From an uncultured Verrucomicrobiae bacterium (lineage in GTDB: Bacteria; Verrucomicrobiota; Verrucomicrobiia; Chthoniobacterales; JACTMZ01): a DNA stretch of 64,000 nucleotides. Below, one piece after another: positions 57,800 through 64,000 of this stretch (the first letter of the stretch is position 1; every line of letters begins with the position of its first letter). The notes under the pieces were generated by a model. That model made no database searches and was not told the DNA's origin. It saw only the letters and a program-made list of their open reading frames with translations. The position numbers and the translations under genes were made by a program. The stretch covers positions 351,424 through 415,423 of the forward strand of contig CAVZLI010000008.1 in the NCBI GenBank assembly GCA_963776165.1, written 5' to 3'.

Positions 57800-58740
57800 A
57801 CTACTGCAAAGTGAATGAGGGGTTGTGCTGCATGGCTCGCTACATTTCTATGCTGGCGGCAGACACTGATTCGATTGAGCTCGCGAGACGAAGATGCTAT
57901 GCTGGTTGCGCGTTTTCGGGCGCGGCGGCGGCGTGCGGATACTGGGCACGGAATTCAGCTGTTGATTGCTTAATCATCTAGTGGAAGGATTACCACTGAA
58001 TGCTAACAACTCTCAGCGGAACTGTTCGCTCAAAGCTTCTTCTTCTGCTTCAACAACGACTAAAACGCGCTGCGCTTTCCGCGCTGATTTCGTATCGGTT
58101 TCGGCATAAGCTGCATCGGCGCTGGCTCGCGACAATAACGTGCTTTCAACGGTAGCTTACCAGCTTTTCTACATTGGCTGTCGGATACTGCGCAGCAACG
58201 CGGGTTCACAAATCGTAATCCTGCGTATGCGGAAGTTCGTGTCATACTCGCTGAATTCTCTCATCACATTCTCGCGCTGGAAAACGACGAATGTCCAGAA
58301 AGGATCAGAAAAGCTGACCACCGGAGCACGGCTCCGTCGGCGGGAACATCAGCAGGCTGACCGCTGGCAGTATGTAGATGAGAACCTCTTATATCGCGCA
58401 GCTTGGTTCTGGACGCGTCTCCGTAGTCATCTGCTCCGCAACCGCTGCGGCGCGGAAATGTCGTCGGCTCTGACGTGCGATCCAAACACCGCGGCAAACC
58501 GAAAGCCCTTGGTTGAGACAGGCCGTTTGCTCTTTGTACATGAGGTTGGCCACCAAGCGGACCGAGGATCGCGACGGCACAAGGCTTCGATCACCTCGCG
58601 GGTGCCGTAGGTCGAGGCTCGTAGACCACGATGAGCTCCCAGTTGCGGAAGGTTTGGGCGGCGAGACTGCGGATCGACTCCTCGAGCCAGATCCCGCCGT
58701 TGTAGACGGCTATGAGCACGCTGACCCGCGGAGTATTCAC
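57800..58740 (-). pseudogene. GT2 glycosyltransferase, heavily degraded; 3' end uncertain
   Basis: PRVSVLIAVYNG..WLEESIRSL..QTF.NWELIVV; ADDIS.PQRL; QDYDL fragments. Confidence 0.6.
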
Positions 58741-59858
58741 GACAGGAGCCCGGCAAAAATTTCCCGGTGCCGGTTAGCCCACCGGGCGGCATCGAAATTT
58801 GCTTCGGCGCGGCGACGCGCCGCGGCGGATGCTTCGGCAACCGCGGCACAATCTCCTGCACAGCCGAAGCCAACTCTTCTCCGGAGGCCGTGACCAGACG
58901 GTCCCACACGAGAGGCGCCTCGATCAGGCGCGCGCAGCCGTCGTCCGTCATTTCCGGCAGACCGCCGGACCGTGAGGCCACCACCGGCAAACCACAGGCC
59001 AAGGCCTTTGCTACGACCGTTGGGCAGGGATCGAGATATTTCGGGTGCAGCAAAATATGGTGAGACTGGTAGATGCCGACGGCTTCGTCTTGGTCGAAGG
59101 GCGGTCGCAGTTCGACCAATTTTTCCAACCCGAGCCGCTTCACCTCCGCATCGACCTCGGCTGCCGCGTTCCTCCATTGCAGCGGCCCGGCGACGGTGAG
59201 TCGGCAGGAGATCCCCGCATCGCGCAAATGCCGGGCGCACGCGAGCACGGAAAAAACGCGCTCCCGATAATTCTGCGTTCCATGGCGAGCAAGCGCAGGG
59301 GCGATAGTTCGGGGGGATGCTTAGGTGGACGAAACGCGGCGAGGTTCACGGGATTGAGGAGGGCAGCCGAGGGGGCGGTGCTTTCTCTGAGGAAGCGCGG
59401 CGGATAGCCGGCAGAATTCACTCTGGTAAATTACGAAATCCGCCTGCGCTCGCAGGCGTTTCATCGGTTCGTTGTGGCGGTCTGCCTCGCGGCCCGCCGA
59501 CCCGGGGTAACCGACCCCGTTTTGGTTCCACACAAAGGCAATCCCTTGCTACGGCAGATATTCACCAAATCCTCCGCGAATTCGGCTTGGGCACTGCTGA
59601 CCAGATAAAGGATGTTGCACTCCTCTCCTGCCAGTCGAAAGCCTCGCGCAAAGTGAGCAACTTGACGGCACCACCGCGCACCGGCCGCGTGCCGTCAGCA
59701 CTCCGCTGAAGGAAAGACCGGACTTGCGCCTTGGCCCGCCGCATGGACTCGCACCCGGAGGCGAAACGCCGCCGGCGCGGCTCGTCGAGAAGGCGACGCA
59801 GCCACGCCCGCCAACGCCACGGTATCCAGAGAAAAAAATCCATCCCCGCGTGCTTCAA
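58737..59858 (-). pseudogene. GT4 glycosyltransferase, frameshifted
   Basis: GGAVKL, WNQNGVGYP, DPCPTVV..ALACGLPVVASRSGGLPE. Confidence 0.8.
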
Positions 59859-61550
59859 GTTACCTCATCGTGTCGCACCCCACGATGGGCAAGGAGAGTT
59901 TGCCAAAACCGGACCGCGGCTTCACGCCCCGTCGGCTTTGCCAAGTCGGCGATCTCCACCGCCTGCGACTCTGCCAACCGCTGCGCTTCATCGTCGCAGC
60001 GCTGGTCATCGTAGGGAATACCCCCGTGGAAGACTTGATAGTAGTGGGCGGAATCACGCGGATAAACGATTGGACGCCCGGCAAGCATCGCCCGGCGGAT
60101 GCGGAGGGAGGCCGTCGCATCATCGCGATCAATGGGGCACACGGAGTGGTTGCGCTCATGGGACACAAAAATCAGCGGACAAACCAAGACGCTGGCTCCG
60201 CGTTCGACTTGGCGAAAATTCACCGCATCTTGGACCGACAGGGCAATGTGGCATGTGCCGGGGTGAACGACCGCCTCGCGACCTCCAACCGGCAGCACCC
60301 GGTAATCCGCTGGATCGGGGTGCAACCTGCGATCACAGGGATATCGCCATGACCATCCGTGGCCACCCCCGCATCGGCAAGCACCTCGAGCAAATTGGCC
60401 ATCGCTTCGTCGAGGAATTCGTCGTGTCCGACCTCGTGCGCAATGCGCACCACCGCCGGACAAGCCGGCTTGGTTATCCGGCGCTTCAGTTGCCACGAAA
60501 AATCACGCATCGTGTCCGCCAAGACACGGCGAGGCTTTGAAGCTTTCTCACGAAAACATGTGTTTTCCGGGAGGGCGCCGTAGAGATCTTGCAAGCCCGC
60601 GGCCATAGCCTCGGCGCTATGCACCGAAGCACGCGCTCGGCCTGTTGATCCAGCGTTGCGGACAAGGATCCCTCTTCCATGTCGCGGAGGATTTTGTCTG
60701 CCGCCTCGGACGCAAGATCGAAGAGGGATTCCGGGGCGAGGATGTCGCGGGCTACGCCGAGCGGCAGGCTGAGGATTTTGGTCCTGGCGGCCGCCGCCTC
60801 CATGGCCGACTGCGGACCGCCTTCCCAGCGGGAGGGAATCAGATACAGGTCGCAAGCGTTGTAGAGTTCATTGAGTTGCGCGCGGGAAAGGATATTGATG
60901 GCGAAATCATCGTCTTCGACACCCTGCTTTCCGACAAAAGTGAACGGAATTCCTTCCGCGGCGAGAGTCCGCCGGATCCAATGCCGGCGTGGGCCGGCCA
61001 AGAGGACGTGGAACTTTTTCCCGCGGCTCCGCAGGTGCCGCAGAATCGCCACTATCATTTCCGGCGACTTTTGGCGTTTCGGTTGTGTGAGATCAGCGCC
61101 CTCGGAATCCCGGTGGAAGTTGCCGATGAGGTAGACATCGTCCGGCAGTCCGTATTTCCGCCGTAGCGAGGCCTTGTCCTCTATCGGGAAAAACAGACCG
61201 GTGTCTATGGCGTAGGGGATGTGGACGGAGTCCAAGCCGAGGGCTTCGAACTGCTCTTGTGCCTCGGTCGATCGCGCCACCCACAGGTCCACCGTCGCTT
61301 GGCCCCACGCGAACTCCGGTTGGGTAAGATAAAAAAAAGGCGGGTTGTCCGCCTGCGCCATAACAAACTTTCTTCGCAGGACACCGGGGTCGTGCAATGC
61401 CAAGGGGAGCCAGAAAGGCGCATGGACGACATCGGCACGCCCGAGCATCGATTCCGCAGCCACACCACGCAGCGCACGGCGGATCAAGCGCAGGTCCTCG
61501 TCAATGGCCCACCTGTGTTGGTCGCCAGCGGTTGGAAAGTAGCGGATCAC
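59855..61550 (-). pseudogene. GT4 glycosyltransferase with a C-terminal extension, frameshifted
   Basis: IGNFHRDSEG, LYNACDLYLIPSRWEGGPQSAMEA; continues into the 60220 and 59855 ORF fragments. Confidence 0.7.
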
Positions 61551-62540
61551 AAATTTTCCGAGCGGGCCGTGGCAATCTCGCGCTGGATCAGGCGCCGGTA
61601 GGCCGTGCACATCGCATCACCCGAAGGCGGCTCGTCCAGCACCGCGCGGTGAAGCTCGCGGTAACGTTGCTGCAAATCCGAGATGGCGGGGACCGGATCT
61701 GACCAAGCGGCAGCCCGCAACGCTGGCTCAACGCCACCGTGCCGCCGGTCTCGGTATGATAGAGCAAGGGCAAGCCGCATTGCACCTCTTCCACCGGGTG
61801 CATGGCCCCCGGTTCGTGGCGCGACGCAGTGATATAAACATGGCACTGCCGCAGCAATCCGGCCAAGGCCTGCCCGTTGGCTGGGGGAAAAGTGCGTGCC
61901 GATCGCCACACCAAATCCTGCGGCCAACGCTCGATCATCCAGAATTCGCAACCCAGCAACCTGCCTTCCGCGATGGCGGCATCGATGGACGCATAGACGT
62001 CGAAACCTTTGGCCGGGTTGTCCGACCAATGGTGGGTGACCACACGCATCGTTTCTCCCGGCTTCCACGGCCGTTGGCCGATCGGGTGAAAGACCGCCGG
62101 ATCCGCGCCCGGTTCGATGACCGAGTTCGGCCGCCCGGCATCGAACGAGTGACCCGCATGGTGGTCTCTCAGCCACCCCGAGACGAAGACCGTATGATCC
62201 GCCACCGCGTTGGCGGCCGACAGAACCTCCGCCATTTGACGCGTGCCCTTGCGGACATCGTTGTCGTTGATCCGCTGTATAACGCGCAGGCGCGGGTTGC
62301 GCTTTTTCGCCTCGGCGACTTCCTCCCACGAAAAGGCAAACGGCCCGACAGGCCCAGGTGCGTGCCCATGACCAGATCGACGTCCGGCCGCAGGTCGTGG
62401 ACGATGCGGTAGCCTGCGCGCCGCAGGGCGGTGGTGAGTTGGGCGGCCCACTGGTTGGCGCCACCGTAAGGCCCGGAACGTGGGCGCACGTTGAAGGCGA
62501 CGGTTGCCACCGGTTCTCGGCGTGAAAAAAGACCGGCCAT
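61547..62540 (-). pseudogene. GT4-like glycosyltransferase, frameshifted
   Basis: PYGGANQW, HHWSDNPAKGFD, YITASRHEPGAMHPVE. Confidence 0.75.
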
Positions 62541-62544
62541 GAAT

Positions 62545-63340
62545 TCAGCTTTGCGTGAAAAAAGGTGCGGCAGGGACCGTGACCTCGTCCCGCGCTGGTA
62601 GCGTTCGTATTTCCAGCGCGCATCGGACGATAAACCAAGACCTCGACGCAACGCCCGCTACGAAGACCATCGGCGACTGGGACCGTAGAGCTCCATGATA
62701 TTGGGACGCGCCGCCCCGTCGCCGCGGGAACTCCGGGTTGGAAGCACATGTGCAAACAGCGGAAATCCGAGGTTCCCCACGGGGTCACCTCGTGGAGGTT
62801 CCGTTTGCGCGATTCATCGTAACCCGGACGGAAACGCGGACTGCCGCCATGCAACCGCTCCGCGCAATAGCCGTCCCACGCATCGATCGCCGAGAAGTTG
62901 TAGAGCTTGGTCATGCTGCGGCAGGGCGGCGCCAAATGCCCGGAAACCGTCGAGCGGTCCGGCGCCATGCCGGTCACATGCAACACGTTGCCCAGCACCA
63001 TCCAGTCTTCCTTGAACTCTCCGCCACGCAAACGCGTCCGCAGACGCTCCAGCCCGGCGGGGTCGTAGATCTCGTCGCCATCCAACCCGAAAATCCAAAC
63101 ATCCTGCCCGGCAAAATTCCTGATCAGATCATGCGACTCGCGTGGATGACGCAGCCGTCGAACGCGCGCCGCCGGGAGCGATGGCGCTTCAGCTTCGAGG
63201 ATCCGCAGCGTGTTATCCGTGGAGCCGTGGTCGCACAAAATCCACTCGTCGGCGAATGCGGCCGCATCGCGCAGGGCGCGCCCGACCAGCAAATCCTCGT
63301 TGCGCACCAGCACGATGCCGACGATACGGGGCGCGTTCAC
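62545..63340 (-). pseudogene. GT2 glycosyltransferase, frameshifted near the 3' end
   Basis: IVLVRNED, DHGSTDNT, LDGDE. Confidence 0.75.
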
Positions 63341-64000
63341 CGTTTGCCGCGCACCAACACCGAGATCCATCCACGTTCCCGCTCAACCCGCACCAGCTCG
63401 CGGAATTTTGCGAGCAAACGGCGGATCACATCCTCCTCGCGTTCCCAGAGGATCGATTCCCAGACACCGGCGCCTTCATCCTCATTGAAGGCAATGTCAT
63501 AGAGCAGGTAGCCGTCGGGTTTCAGCGTCCGAGCGTGCTCCGAGATCATGGCATCGAGATCGAACGAATGATCGACGCAGTTGGTGTAAAGGAGGTCGAG
63601 GGAGTCGTCCGGTAGGGCCAGTTTCATCATGTCGCCAGTTTCGACGAGCGGATTGCCGGGCCCGGGGTTGAGATCGATACCGCGAGCCCGGTGAAAGCCC
63701 AAGTCGCGCAGCACATCGACTTCAGTGCCTTGCCGCGCGCCGCAGCAAAGGATGTCCGCGGTCGGGGGCAGGAAAGCCGGCAGCTGGCGAAAGCGGGTGT
63801 AGAATTTTACGCGGTAGTCGAAAATATCGAAGTTGCTGAAGCTGCTCTTCATTTTGACGAACTCTTCGAGCTTGAGCTTCTGGTGGGTTAAGTATTCCTC
63901 GTAGTTGGCGTAGTCGCGCTTGCGCAGGCCCTCCTCGCTGCCTTCCTTCCAACGGCCGCCACCGTGGTGTTTGTGGCGGACGGGATGTTTGTCGCGGTCG
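63337..64000 (-). CDS. Class I SAM-dependent methyltransferase; partial, 5' end beyond the window
   Basis: LCCGARQG.E, GIDLNPG, GDM..L..PD.S.D..YTN..DH, LKPDG. Confidence 0.85.
   Translation of the reverse strand, partial: DRDKHPVRHKHHGGGRWKEGSEEGLRKRDYANYEEYLTHQKLKLEEFVKMKSSFSNFDIFDYRVKFYTRFRQLPAFLPPTADILCCGARQGTEVDVLRDLGFHRARGIDLNPGPGNPLVETGDMMKLALPDDSLDLLYTNCVDHSFDLDAMISEHARTLKPDGYLLYDIAFNEDEGAGVWESILWEREEDVIRRLLAKFRELVRVERERGWISVLVRGKR

Noticed and set aside
57796..58610. Short plus-strand ORFs as novel genes
   Set aside because: They lie opposite degraded GT2 remnants and show no coding signature
61547..63370. 607-aa ORF as a single fused glycosyltransferase
   Set aside because: Frameshift chimera stitching the GT2 N-terminus, off-frame sequence and the last residues of the next GT

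Overview
High-GC bacterial window, most likely Verrucomicrobiota (Chthoniobacterales-like). This is inferred from the PEP-CTERM protein, the secreted proteins ending in 'D-x-D-G-D...E-Y-A-F-G-T-N-P...FYRV', and the ACIII/oxidase gene order. 1-10 kb: secreted and surface proteins (an endonuclease I missed by the ORF track, an alpha/beta-hydrolase mosaic, a large frameshifted IPT/FN3 protein, a SEL1 protein, a PEP-CTERM protein). 10.2-13.2 kb: a mobile-element zone with a broken HUH (IS200/RAYT-like) transposase bracketed by identical 39-bp ACAAG-loop hairpins and interrupted by a REP-carrying insert, then pfkB, then a degenerate toxin-antitoxin pair between two near-identical 75-bp REPINs. 13.2-31.4 kb: one minus-strand respiratory super-operon with alternative complex III (actABCDEF plus G-like), a cbb3-like oxidase (ccoSNO plus P-like), an A1-type aa3 oxidase and its assembly genes. 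31.5-54 kb: housekeeping genes (argD, argF, pfkA, fcl, rpsP, ffh, vapBC, purB, ftsK, rimO, pheA, scpAB, hpf). 54-64 kb: a frameshift-rich glycosyltransferase cluster. Several GTAG-type REP families with covarying stems are scattered throughout and often supply the stop codon of the adjacent gene. The most novel-looking signal is this HUH/REP/REPIN system. No CRISPR array, tRNA or rRNA was seen.
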